From Tubulanus polymorphus (Eukaryota > Animalia > Nemertea): 64,000 nucleotides of DNA. The translations under genes were made by a program, and so were the position numbers. The stretch covers positions 18,656,950-18,720,949 of the forward strand of contig NC_134029.1 of NCBI RefSeq assembly GCF_964204645.1. Reading direction: 5' to 3'. Below, piece after piece: positions 13,221 to 25,962 of this stretch. Below the pieces are notes generated by a model. That model was given only the letters and a program-made list of their open reading frames with translations, made no database searches and was not told the DNA's origin. Position 1 is the stretch's first letter. Every line of letters starts with the position of its first letter.

Positions 13221-15611
13221 GTGCGGGTATTCACTGTTCGCTGTGTAAGAGAGGTCAAATGATCATTTAGTACCATAAAGTGTTAGCTCTTCGGTTTTAC
13301 TTCAAAATGAAATAAGAACGTTAGGCTCCAAGTTAAAGTGTTCGTTTTTGAAAGGCGTTCGGTTGTAACGATACAGTTATCGTCACATTACAATATAATG
13401 TGACGTTGATAGTGTTGATATGAATCTATATATATATAGATACATATCAATACTATTGTCTTATTGATTCATGCATTGCAAGAATTCCATATTTAAAAAA
13501 TGCCATCGTTTACAGTGGAGCACGTGCTATGGTCGCGAGAATTTCGTGCCATTATCATCGCTAGGAGATTGAACTAAAAGAAGGCACATTCAGTCGTCCA
13601 TCAATTCCGAAAACGATAGAAAAGACAAGTTCAGTCGTCTTTATCAATCACAAAAGTAGAAAAAGGCACATTTTCATAAGACGATGCAGATAATTTTCAA
13701 CAAATAGGCACACCATCGTCAGGATTTTTGTTTCCTATTTATGGCCTGGAAACTATCTGAATGCAGTAAAAATCTATAAGTTCTGTTATCCTTAGCAGTG
13801 GCGCCTGGATCCGCCTTTGGTTTATAGAATTCCGCTGAATCATTCTGTTGGCCGACCCCTAACTGAGAACATCCAGTTATTGATTATTTCGTTTATTTGA
13901 AATTACTGAATAAGGTCATAATGATAAATTGATATAGAAAGGCCCGATTTAAAGTTACAATTTAATAGTTAAAAATTTGATAGAGCTTCGGAGAATTTGG
14001 GAAGAGTCTCACAACAAAGAGCTGAGCAGAGCTTTACCATGCAGATAATATATGTGGTAAAGTGAAAAGAAGACGATGTCTTATTGCAAACAAACCTATC
14101 TAAACAGGGATGATTTGTGCACTTAAAATCCAAGAAGAAGATATCAGTATCCATAATTCTGTTAAATTCAGGTTAGATTGTATATAAGTAAATGACCCAG
14201 AGGTACCGCGTTTTTGGGGAATGCCCCAAACAACAATGTCCCACGAGAGGATGAGTTGTTATGGACATGAGATAATATTTTCTATACAATGTTGACAAAA
14301 GAATTTTCTCAACCCCTTCCAGGACTAGGTGAAAATAATCTATGCTGATTTGTTGGAGTACTTCGTTGTTTGGTGGTTAATATTTTTCTGGAAGTACGTC
14401 GAAAAAGCAATGATGTTACATTCGTAACGCCTTTATTTTTTCTATTTCAATTTTTTCTATTTCTATTGCACTGACTGGTCCAGGCTTCTGGAAATATCCC
14501 GTTATACTAACTTGTACATAAACCATATCGGACTATGCCCTGTCAACTTGCGCGCCAAGCTTGTTTGGACAAATCAGATATTTCACAGCCAGTTAGTTCT
14601 TAAAAGTCCTAGGAATATTCCAACGACAAATTCTGTATTGTGCAGTTCAGTTTAGAATATTGCCAGTACAATCGGCGGTCATTTCAACGGATGATAGACT
14701 TGTGTAAGACACCATTGAAATGCGGAACAACAAATTCTTTTCACAGCTAGCGGAGATGGCCTTTCAGGCCTTTCCTTTGTCCCCTTTATTTCTGCATAAG
14801 TTCGTAACCTGAACAGAATTAAAAGACAATCAAGCGCGGAAATTAATCGTGCTAACACGTCTATAGGCAGACATTTTGCCAGCCAACATGCGTGACTGGC
14901 TTAAATTTGAAGTGGGGAAGAATATAAAAGTCACGTATGGCTCGCGAAATACCAAAAGAAAATGTGAACAATGATTTACCTTATGAACTCCCCATCGGAA
15001 AAGTACTGGTGTTGTCTGAATGGAGTAGCCGAGTCACAACCATTTTGTGTTTGACTACTGGTGTAGTCAATTACGACCTAAGTGTTAAGAATACCACACT
15101 AACCGTACTGCCGTGACATTCTCTCCGGAACACACGACACACTAAAACACGGTAAAATATCAATTACTTCTATACGTTTTTCTTCGATTCTTATTATTCT
15201 TATCTGTATTTATAGTCAAATTAGTTTCGTTGATATTCTAATTATTTTGACTCATTAGCACATTGTGCAAATTCATCTATAAGAATATTTGACAGATTTC
15301 GCGCATGAGATATGAAATAGTGAAATTGGTGCTACGTATCAGCCTGGAAAGTGCGATAAACGCTGTATTTCACTCTGATAACGTGACTTTTTTGATTAAT
15401 TAAAAATCTCTTTGAATTAAGGAAATTTGATACCTTGTTTCTCCTTTCTGGTTAGCTTAAAAGTTGACCCGGCCGGCCGCCTATCTACCATATGTATCAC
15501 TTTTTTTTATCAGATCCAATCAATTTTACAACAACACCCCCGGCAGCTATAGAAATGAACTGATTACGTTATTGCATTTTACAAAAATGTTTGACTTACT
15601 CGTTTCAGAAA

Positions 15612-16181
15612 ATGAATGTTTATGTGGTAATTTGCTGTTTGTTGGTCCTCGCAGTATCCATCGATACCGCCTCCGCTTGCCAAAAAAGTTATGAAAAATG
15701 TGAATCGGATGCTGATTGTTGTGAAGGAACCAGAGGTCCCGATCGTAAATTGATATGCAAAGAATATCTCAACAAGAGAGATAATAAATTATGTTTGTAC
15801 GTGCCGGTGGCAGCGACATGCAGTAAAACCTACGAACCGTGCACCACGGACGAAGAATGCTGCGAAGAGGATGGCAAGGTAATAACTTGTCAGCTGCGCC
15901 GTGGGAAAAATGTCTGTCGTGAGAAAAAATGCAAGAAGACATACGAAGAATGCGAATCGGATTCCGACTGTTGTCCAAGCGAAGATTCCGCTAAGGAATC
16001 GATTTGCAAAAATATCTTTTTAAACAAGAAAAAGATGAAGATTTGCGCGTTCAAGCGTGTAGAAAAGTGCAAAAGAACCTATGAACCATGTCAATCCGAC
16101 CAGGAGTGTTGCAAGGAAGGAAATGGTGAAAGCCTAATCTGTGAGAAGTATTATGGCCAGAACGTCTGCATGAGGCCTTAA
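15612..16181 (+). CDS. Secreted cysteine-rich protein with 4 tandem knottin/ICK-like domains
   Basis: tttcag|aaaATG context; signal peptide MNVYVVICCLLVLAVSIDTASA; four C-x6-C-x5-CC-xn-C-xm-C units with consensus C-x-K-T-Y-E-x-C-x-S-D-x-D/E-C-C; AATAAA at ~16401. Confidence 0.88.
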   Translation: MNVYVVICCLLVLAVSIDTASACQKSYEKCESDADCCEGTRGPDRKLICKEYLNKRDNKLCLYVPVAATCSKTYEPCTTDEECCEEDGKVITCQLRRGKNVCREKKCKKTYEECESDSDCCPSEDSAKESICKNIFLNKKKMKICAFKRVEKCKRTYEPCQSDQECCKEGNGESLICEKYYGQNVCMRP

Positions 16182-17634
16182 ACATGTGCTTCGCGGTTGA
16201 AGCAATGCGATGATTTGATGGGTAGCAAAAAGATGGGTAGTTTGTCAATGTGCACGGCCAGTCGAAGGAAGTAACAACCTAGGCAATATTCACTTTAATT
16301 AGCAAAAATAATTCATTATCCCGTACATACGTAGACTAATTGATTGTTTTTTCTTTTCTGAGTTTGCAGTATATAGTTTTTGTCTAACACAAAGAAAAGA
16401 AATAAAGATGTTTGACTTCAGTATTTTCTCGTATGTTAATTTGCTTTGGACTGATACGGATTCGCTGAAATATATTTATCTAAATAAGGCGATTGGCCGC
16501 TCGAGTATGCAGATGGCTACTTACTTCCAATAAAGGAAAGGTTGTGGACGGTGTTAGAAAACGAAGCAAACTATCGACTTGTTAGTTGTGCTCCATCTTC
16601 ACCCGTCGAGGGATTCGAACTCACTAAGCTAAAGCCGTTTAATTCCCGAACCCCTTTGGAGTCGTTACTATCCGACTAGAATCCGGTCGTACCAATCACA
16701 GTTGCTGGAAGCGAGTTCGGGGAGCAATACCGGACCCCTGGCAAGCGGAGATGCTTGTGCTCAGACTTTTCGAGGGAGAAGAATGCATTCAGGTAGTCCT
16801 GAAAATTAAGTTTCATCCTTGGCAATTATTATATTACAAAACGAATGTGAATTCAAAGACAATTTCGCAATTCCAATTACAAACATAGCGATCATATTAA
16901 TGGAGACAAAGATAAACTTTAAATCGGTGACATTAAACAAAATTACCAAATGCCTACCCTTTTTATTTATTATTGCCATGCGGCAAGCATCCTATTTCTA
17001 TTCTCACTACGTAGCGCTGCGGACACACGAAAGAAAAGTTTGGTTTAATTTGTTTTTCTTGCTGCCGGACGTACTAGTGCGTTGTGGTTGTTCACGGCTT
17101 GGCTTTGCTACCAGTTCTGTGTGATCTAAGAACTTGATGATGGTGTGTCTTTCTGTGTGCAGTCTGGAGGCTGTTGCCCAGGGTATGGTCAAAGATAGCC
17201 CGTTGTGTGGTGGTCGTCCTCTGTATGTGGTCACAAAGAGTAGTCCACTGTGTGTGGTCAGGAGGCTGTGTGCCTCTCGAGACTGTCCCGTCGCTGTGTG
17301 TGGACTGGAGGAATGTGCCTCTTATGACTGTGTCTTGTTTCTTGTTGCAGGCTATAGGGCCGAGCTCTGGAGTTGATGGAGAGAAATATGGTTCTGGGTG
17401 CAATATTTCCGAATCAAACGTGTCATTTGATTGTTTCTGTATCTATGCGTTTCTCCCTGCATCATGTGCGTTTAGCTTTAGATTGTACATTCACACGAAG
17501 ATCTAAAATGCTATCAAAATGATGTTTTGACAAGTAAGGCGAGTAACTTCCAGGATCAGTTGGCATACATATACAGTAAGTAACGAGACGAGTAAGGTTA
17601 ACTATTTATTTGACGCACGAGCTTTCGCTACTAA

Positions 17635-17856
17635 GGCTAAACAAAAATGATACCTTGTTTCTCCGCAGCGGCCGGGTCATTTTTGTAAAATATGATAAAA
17701 TTTATAAACAGTTCATTTCTATAGCGGCCGGGTCTGTTATGGTGAAATTGATCACGATTTAAAAAAAAAGTAATGTATAGGGTAGATAGGCGGCCGGCCG
17801 GGTCAACATTTAAGCTCAGCAGAGCGGAGAAACAAGGTATCAATTTTTTTTTGGCC
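17635..17856. mobile_element. PIF/Harbinger-type MITE
   Basis: TIRs GGC...TGATACCTTGTTTCTCCGC / GCGGAGAAACAAGGTATCA...GCC, flanked by TAA on both sides; a truncated inverted copy lies at ~15427-15589. Confidence 0.7.
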
Positions 17857-18374
17857 TAATGTATAGAAGCTTCATCGGGTGAAGCCACTCATAACCTATT
17901 TAGTACTACTCGTCTCGTTACTTATTTCAAACCAGATTAACACGGCTAATCTACGAATATTTCCATACATATTACAGAACATGACCTGTGCTAAAATTTG
18001 GCACAAGCCTATGAATGTTAGCCCGGTCAGGCAAAATTTAAGCTTTGTCAAACCATGGACTCCAAAACGATTCGTTTTAGAATCCATGGTCAAACAGGCA
18101 TGGGTCCATCGAGCACCAGCGTGATCGCAGATTATGTTCATGGTCAGGCATTATATAGCGATGAAAAACAAAACTGCAAAATTCTTACTTCAAATCCGTT
18201 AAAATCTTTATTTTATCGAAACTCTGAAAAATTCGTATTAAAAAATGTAAATATTTTGCGATCATCGTCGTTTAAAATACTCGATATTTATGTAAAAATG
18301 CATATGATCTAAAAAGATCTAAAACCAAGCCGCGTGTCGCGCTAAAAGGATTAGAAAAATACGGCTTCACAGAT

Positions 18375-20338
18375 TTAAACTATTTGAACTTCGACTTCTT
18401 CTCCAACTGTAACGCTAGATGTCTCGTCATTCTTATCTCCAACTTCTCCGGCTGTACCGGTATTTGTCTCATCGTTTTTAACTTCGTCAACATCAATTCT
18501 AACTGCAACTTCTCCGATCGTAATGGTGGTTGTCTCTTTATTTTCAACGTCCTCAACTTTATCGTTTTGATTTTCGTATTTCACGGCGGTTTGAAACGTA
18601 AGGCGTTGTTGCGAACGTCGTTGCTCGCAAAAATACGTGACGAATTTATACAACTGGAAGAATAAAATCAGCCCGTTTTTCAACATGAAAAATAGGATCG
18701 AGTTGTCCACTTCGTTGAACGCGTAGATCACGTAGTTTCGAACGCCGAAGAACGGCCGTCGATGAACACACACGACGCGATGATACTCCATCGTTCGTCT
18801 GCCAGAATCGGGTATTTCTTTGCATTTCTGTTCTTGTTCGCCGTCAAAACGAGCGTGAACAACATTAAACTCCACGTCCAGACGCCCAATAGAGTATAGG
18901 TCAGGTGGTATCGATGTTTCCTCGCGTCGAGCTCCATGAGCGTTTCGTAGAACTCGACGATATCGGCGCCGCTTCCCAGATACACGAGCAGCAGGTCGGA
19001 AAGCTGACGATGCGACAGAGATTTGTTCGGCAATACCAAACGCGCGATCGTCAGAATGATCAGCATGAATTGTTCGATCGTGATGATCCATTTTTCGGTC
19101 GTGAACTCGAACGGCAATTCTAAATCGAGCTGTAATAAATTAAACAGAAAAGATGCATCATTTCGTAGCGCGTTCAGATATTTTTAGGTAGATTCAATTT
19201 CGATCGAAATTCAAGTCATTTCTTGTCGATTAAAGCCACGAAAACAGGAAGTGTTTGGTCCAAATTTGGCCTGCACCACATAAAGCCGGGATAGTCCATC
19301 CACACGGGTGCCAATAGGATCACGCCTGAACCTGAGCCAAATTTGGTCAGTGGTCAAAATTTTTGAAACTGGTTCCGGTAAATGACTCACTTTGCTTTGT
19401 TCAAACATTGTATTGAGTGGTGTAATTTGGCACTGGCTAAATTTGACTCGGGCCTGATCTGGGTCGATTTTACCGGGGCCAAATTGTTTCTATGTGATTG
19501 CGGCTGAAGAATAGGAGCATCGCCGCTGGCTAGGGTTTGATCATCCAACGCCAACCCTGGTAAGCGAGGGTGGAACTGAGAAACTTAGATTCCGCATCAT
19601 CGATAATCCAAGTTGCACATTTCTGTTTGGTCCGAATTGGTTTTTTAAATCCAATTTACTAAATGTCAGTTGTGATTTAGATGAGTGGTCGATGGAACGA
19701 CGGTGACTTGGACTGGAACAAGTCAACAGTCAAACAACTCGGAACATTTCCAAACTATAGGCCTACCTTATCACTGACTTCACGGATTGCCGTTTGGATA
19801 TTCTTGTTTTCTTTTTTCGCCGAACTGTGATCGTAATGTATTTGCAGAATCCAGATGCAAGTGACATTTGGTATGAGAAAGAACAGAAAGCAATAGCAGA
19901 ACCTAGAAAAGAAACAAACATTATCGATATAAATGCTGATAATGGTATAGTCAAACGTGCTAAGGTCTTTATCTGATAAATCATCACTTAAGTCATAAAT
20001 CATCTCGTAAGTCATCTCTATTTTCGAGTCCTTTCAATTTGCCAAGTGTAAGTTCATTAGTTATAGTGATTGAAGCTAGTTTGGCTATAAGTATACATCA
20101 GTATCATACAAACGTTTTTTTTTTACCATTTACTCTCTACTCCTTTGTATTTGACGACGCGTATAACGCCTTCGATCGCTAACGGTAGAAGTAATAGCGT
20201 AAAAAGCCAGCCGGACTGGTAAATATCCGTCACCCTCCATATACTAACTAACGCGGCCGACGCAAGAACAGCCCTGACCGTCACTGCTCGAATTATATTC
20301 GCGAAATCGGTAGAACAGTTCTTTCTTCTTTCCACCAT
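18375..20338 (-). pseudogene. TMEM26: TMEM26-like membrane protein with a 1-nt frameshift (pseudogene or assembly error)
   Basis: Exons 20338-20127, 19902-19767, 19129-18375. Motifs IEQFMLIILTIARLVLP, LSDLLLVYLGSGADIVEF, VWTWSLMLF. The conserved DGPF motif is broken at ~18755 (GAC GGC CGT instead of GAC GGC CCG TTC); FFMLKN...QLYK continues in the other frame. Confidence 0.85.
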
Positions 20339-21565
20339 TATCCTCCTCGCTTTCTGTTCTGCTGATATATATGAATTTGTTTCTAAAATGTTACTTCTCT
20401 AAAATGTTACTACTGTATAAGCCCCGTCCTGAGACTAACTTATGTTGTATTCTGCTAAGACTAGAATAGTAGCGGCAGCCACGCATGGGTAGCTTTATTT
20501 ACTCGACCGGTCAACTATAGAGTTGCAATATTCATATCTATCTTTATTGTCTCTTTTATGGTTTTACAACATTTAGCGAGATTTACACAAAACATTACTC
20601 AATTCGTTTCACCTGTATGATTTGCAGTGCTCTCTGGATCACAAACTTCCACATTGAACTTTTCACCAATAACTGTTTCGCCGCCCTGGCTTTGTCTTAA
20701 GCTGGTCAATAAATGGAATAGAATCTTTTGACTTTAAACGTGATGGCCTTCTTTTACTAATTAACTAACAGGTAGATGAACCCTAGTGTAGGTACAGGGT
20801 GTCATAATACATTCAATGTAGGCTATGAATGCACGAGTCATTTAATACAGTGGAACCTCCAATGCAGCAGAAAACCCTAACGATGCTTTATGACATGCCA
20901 AGGAAACACAGTTAAGTAAGGTGCGTCATATACCTTCAGTAAATTCAATGTCATACTATTGATGTTTTCACATACAATATTCATTTCATGAAGAATGACA
21001 TTTTACAAAAAAAAGTGATATGCGTCTTACGACACGCCATACAGACATTATAGCAAAACGCAAAATACATGTTATACAAATAAACAAGGATTAACAAAGA
21101 GGTAGATAGCAGTCATTGAACAGGGAATGAATGCTGTATGAATAGATACATACATGGCTTGCCTTACAGCGTATCATAATTCGATATGAATTTGAAGGTT
21201 ATTGATGATATCTGAATATTCTTATCAAAAGTGTGATCTTAATGGCCAGATTCGAAGGAAGTCACATTTTGCAGAGATACTGCTGAGAAACTTCAATTCG
21301 AGGTCTTCCAATCATTACCAAATGGGTTTTTTTCGTGTCTACGTTCAGGTATCCGGTATTGAATAGAAGAATGCTTTGTTAATATTCTGACATTGCAGAA
21401 ATTACAAGTAATGATATTGATAATAATAAAAATGATGATAATCCAGAGTGGAAACGTGGTTTCCTGCGACTGAGAGCAACAGAAAAACTCAATCAACGTC
21501 CTTTCATAAAAGAGTTGACTTTTGACGAGTAGACGAATTTTTTGCCGAAGCATAGTGTCCGTATC

Positions 21566-24500
21566 TTATCCAGATGGCCGTGGGCAATCTAAAAAAATCC
21601 AAAACATCCAAAGCTTAAAATAGCATTTCAAATACCTTCTACACTTGTTCCTAATCACAAAAGCGAGTATTATTTAATACAGCAATCAGTATTTTGTATT
21701 CATTGTTTTCTATACTGTATATCTTCATCATAGATAGAAAATCCCACACTGATATGGTGAAAGATGATGCCGAAAAAATTCACTATGGCTAACGATATAT
21801 TGATTCGACGTTTCGACTATAATCTAATAGTCATCGTCGGGAATGAAGATGACTATCTTGAAGATGACCAAGATGAAGATGACTATCTTGATGATGATGA
21901 TCTTGAAGATGAAACGTCGAATCAATAAATCCTTAGCTATAGTGAAGCTTTTCGAACGGGATTCTCTATTTATCGTCACAACATGGAATAATGTATCTTC
22001 AATGGGTTATATCTTCATAAACTAGATTGTATTGTGATTTCACTACAACATAACCTTAATTTCCCTTCCATTTTCTTTCATGAAAACAAAATTTCAAAAA
22101 AACTGTATGAATGTGGAATGTGAAGACTTGTAATTTTGACTTATCAATCTTTTAACTTATCAATCAGCCTTATCTGGTGGACTTATTCATTGACATCACC
22201 AGGTGGTGAACTGGGATGTGAATAATCCCGTTCTAGAATCCCGTTCTAGAAAACACTTATCGGCAAATGTTTTTAACTTTCCTTGGTGAGGGTCTGAAAC
22301 TCCCTCTATGAATATGCCACCACTACGGAGGCGTCATGGCGGCAAACTGTTAGAAAAAGATTTTCGAGGTATTCTCGACCTGATTTTACTTGAAATACAC
22401 TTCGAATACAACTTTTAATCGAGAAAAATAGTAGTTCGATTAGACTAAGTTATGGATAGAGTCGAATTACTTCCGCGAACACGTATGGGCCCAAATGCTG
22501 TTGGCTGTCGTAATTGATGAAATTGGCGATTTAGAGTCAATGATTTGACCAATGATATCGCGCAGATGTTTACGACTCTTGGCCCAAATTTGAGTTTCGT
22601 ACCTATAGTTGACTAGTGGTCGGAACTAATAACCGAATGCGCTTAATTTCCGAACTATTTCCGGACTATAGTTCCGACTAACTGACATTCGGTTTCACTT
22701 AGTTCGACTATAGTCGACTAACTCGCTAACCGAAGTTAGCCTTGGCTGAATTGTGACTGACGCACAAGTAGGTTTCCGAATTATCATTTAGTCCCCAATT
22801 ATGCGAGGCTGGACTGTACCATATAATACAAATTATTATTTCCCGTATGTACGTTTGGGGAAAATATTGTTCTGTCTTGGATCATGTTAACAAGTGTCTG
22901 TGCTGTTTGATGTTTTCAATTCCAATTTATCATAAGAAAGCATGGTTTAAAGATATTTACAAACAAAACAAAAATACGATTGAGAAGGCCTAAGAAATAT
23001 ATATGAGCTTGCGTATGAACACTGAAATATGAACTCGCAAACCGAGCTCATAAACATCGTTGTTAAAGGTTTACTAGGGTAGATTTAAATAGTAAGACTT
23101 ACGAAGGCGCCGCTCCACAAGAACATCTTTGACGCTCCTTGTCGTGTACGCGAAACGATACACGCAATTATTGTCATCCCTGTATTGGCATAATCTGTGA
23201 GAGCGATCGTTTTCTGGAGTGAAATGATAATTAAACATAATATGATATGCCAATATGCACCTTTGAGTCGCCAAATGATATTTCTAACCTTGCATGTTGA
23301 ACATGTGGAAGTTGTTACAAAACATTTCTATGCAAACGCGATTTCGTGAATCAGATTCGCAATGTATGATGGCGTAGCCATCTCTGTTCAACAAAAATCT
23401 TTAGTAGCAATCCACACGAGGATTTTTACGGAAGAGCATTGCGGCCACATGACAATTTTTTTGTAAACTCGAGATTTCGACTTTTAATCTCGAAACTTTA
23501 CACGCATTCGACGAATATTCGGTCACTTAGAATGACGTTATCGTGCTTGCTAAGGCAGTATCGTATTTCGGCATTATTTAAACTTAGCTTGAAGAGAGAA
23601 AGATAAAACTGATCTCGTGCCATAGCGTGAATATAACAACATACTGTGCGCACATGTGTTAAAAAGTAAAAAGTCGAAATTTCAAGATTAAAAGTTGAGA
23701 TTTCGAGTTTCAAAGTCAAAATTCCGAGTTTCAAAGTCGAAATTTCGACCTGAAAAAAAATGTTCATGTGACCGTAGATTTAAGTAGGGCACTAAGCGTT
23801 CTCATGTTTAAATATTTCGAGGATACGCCGCTTATTCAATTGAGTACCGAAACACCAGGCCGAGTAAGCGCGGGAAGCGTATTCCCCCTGACGGTATATG
23901 TAGGCTACGGCTTGATTTAAAACATCATGTCCCATCGGTGAGGAGATGAACTGTCTGAATTTATTGAAATTATGAAGATCACTCCTATGACTGAGAACAG
24001 AGGTCCAATTAGCGCTACCTGGTAAGTTGTCGACTGGAAGCATTCTTAAATGGCGGCAATTAGAACGACAATCTTCTGCGTTGTATCTCGCTGATCCCCA
24101 AATCATACATTCTACGCAATTTCTGAGACGTGCACACTGACCCGGACATGTCTTGAAATAAAGGAATCAAAAGGGTACATATTTTATGTATATTCATTTA
24201 ACTGATATACATCGCAATTTAATAGACTATTTCAATAACCCCTGGATTGTGAAACCATGTTAAACTACTTTCGATCTTTCTGCTTAAAGTCTTTTCGATC
24301 GTCCAATCTTTCAATCACAATGTAGTGAGGGTTTTCGTTGAAGCAAATCCTCTAAACATGTCTGACTGACCACCGTCTGGGTCATTTGACTAAAGGTTTT
24401 TCACTAAAAGATAACTTAAAGGGACAATAATCAGCTTTTGAGGGGCCACCAGACTACGTGGCCATACCTAGCATCTATAAAAGGTATAGAACAAATCGAT

Positions 24501-25324
24501 TCAATTTGCACAGAGCATATTCCCCCTTAGTCAATGGACGTCACCCAATTCGGACCATTCCAACTTCTTGGCTAATGACGACACAATTATTGTCTGGCTC
24601 AAATAAACTAATACAAAGTTATTGCTTTTCCGCGTACGTAGACGACACCAAAAGGTACCTTGGAAAATTGGAACGACGAGAGAGTTTTTACTGATAGTAC
24701 TCCTGAAGTTTCGTTGATAACTAATTTCTATAAGTTATCAATCTAAAACATTTTTACAAACCTCCTTTTTCAGTTAATGTACATACCGGACAGTCTTCGC
24801 AAGTAGATCCCATGTAATAGCTGTTACGATGACACAAACATTTTCCACATATGCAGTTACCTTTGCCATTGCAAAGCATCTGTAATTGAACAATTATGAA
24901 TGAAGATTTACATGATGATGAATGAAATTTTTTTTCATTTGACACTTGAAATCAAAATGCCATTTTGGTCGATCGATGCTCTATGTGTTATAAATATTAT
25001 GATATCCGCTTGTTCAACCGATGCTGAATTTGTTTCAGATTTCACTATGGGCTTTACTGTGGAATCGCCATAAGTATTCTTTCTTATATGCTGTATTCGT
25101 TTTTAGAGAAGTGACAAGTACCCCGTTTGTTGAAAGGCAGTTTTCGACCGATGCGTGGCATTCGTCGCCTACAAAAACAAATTCTGAAAATCGTCCCTCG
25201 TTGAAAACAAAAACATTTATGCAGGAAAATGCTGACAACGATTGATAACGAATCACCTACCTAGAACGGAACGCCCAAAATAGCAGAAAACGGAAAAGAA
25301 TATGAGTTTCTGTGACAATGCCAT
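21566..25324 (-). CDS. Secreted integrin-beta-derived mini-protein (signal peptide + I-EGF4 + beta-tail domain), 156 aa
   Basis: Six GT-AG exons with compatible phases: 25324-25261, 25168-25122, 24879-24787, 24151-24019, 23213-23103, 21588-21566 (471 nt). Translation MALSQKLIFFSVFCYFGRSVLG-DECHASVENCLSTNGMLCNGKGNCICGKCLCHRNSYYMGSTCEDCPTCPGQCARLRNCVEC...LCQYRDDNNCVYRFAY...ERRLHCPRPSG*. Confidence 0.8.
21736..21968. repeat. Penelope-like palindromic repeat remnant
   Basis: Inverted GATTCGACGTTTCGACTAT / GAAACGTCGAATC arms around (GAAGATGAC)n; related to 63281-63453 and 63490-63600. Confidence 0.5.
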
Positions 25325-25962
25325 CTTCACATTTATTAAACAGACAAGCGATTCAGTGATCGCTTTGCTAACTGTTTGCGGAAATTAGTTGACCTCAATT
25401 ACTACGTTGTTTTGGCTACTCATGATCAGGATAAGTGATTGATTGTGTCCCGTAATGCTTATAATGACAGTGTTGTTATCTTTAATTTGCATGAATATCC
25501 TAATTTTTAGGTTGTGGATATAAACGGTGGTGGTTTGGGATGTGATATTATTACTTGTTTTGATCATGGAAGCGTTTCTGATTACTTTGCGTGTATAATG
25601 CGAACAACCGCAGTCAATATTCATTGAAAAGTCCATCGGGCAGTCTAGAGAAATTATCTTCAAAAAATGCCAGTGCAATCGGCGGTCATTTGAATGGATA
25701 ATAGACTTAAGATTACCATTATTAGAATGCAATACAATATATTCTTTTCATTGATGGAGGAGGTGCCTTTTTAAAGAAATGACTATACAGAAATAAAAGC
25801 TGCTGGTCCAACTAACACTTTATTTTTGCTATCATACTACAAATTAGAAATCAAAGCATTAACGATCTCAATACAAATCATAGTCGCTGGTAATGGAAAC
25901 ACAAACAACATCAAGAATAGATGTATAAATCTGTTGTGCATAAACCGAATCACCAATTCTGC

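Noticed and set aside
17040-17403. Overlapping short ORFs; possible LINE 3' remnant on the minus strand
   Set aside because: Only a vague resemblance to a C-terminal zinc-knuckle region; too degraded to call.
21293-21553. Hydrophobic ORF (WIIIIFIIINII) as a TM exon for the integrin-like gene
   Set aside because: It lies after the in-frame TAA of the CPRPSG exon, derives from ATT/ATC low complexity, and has no integrin cytoplasmic motifs.
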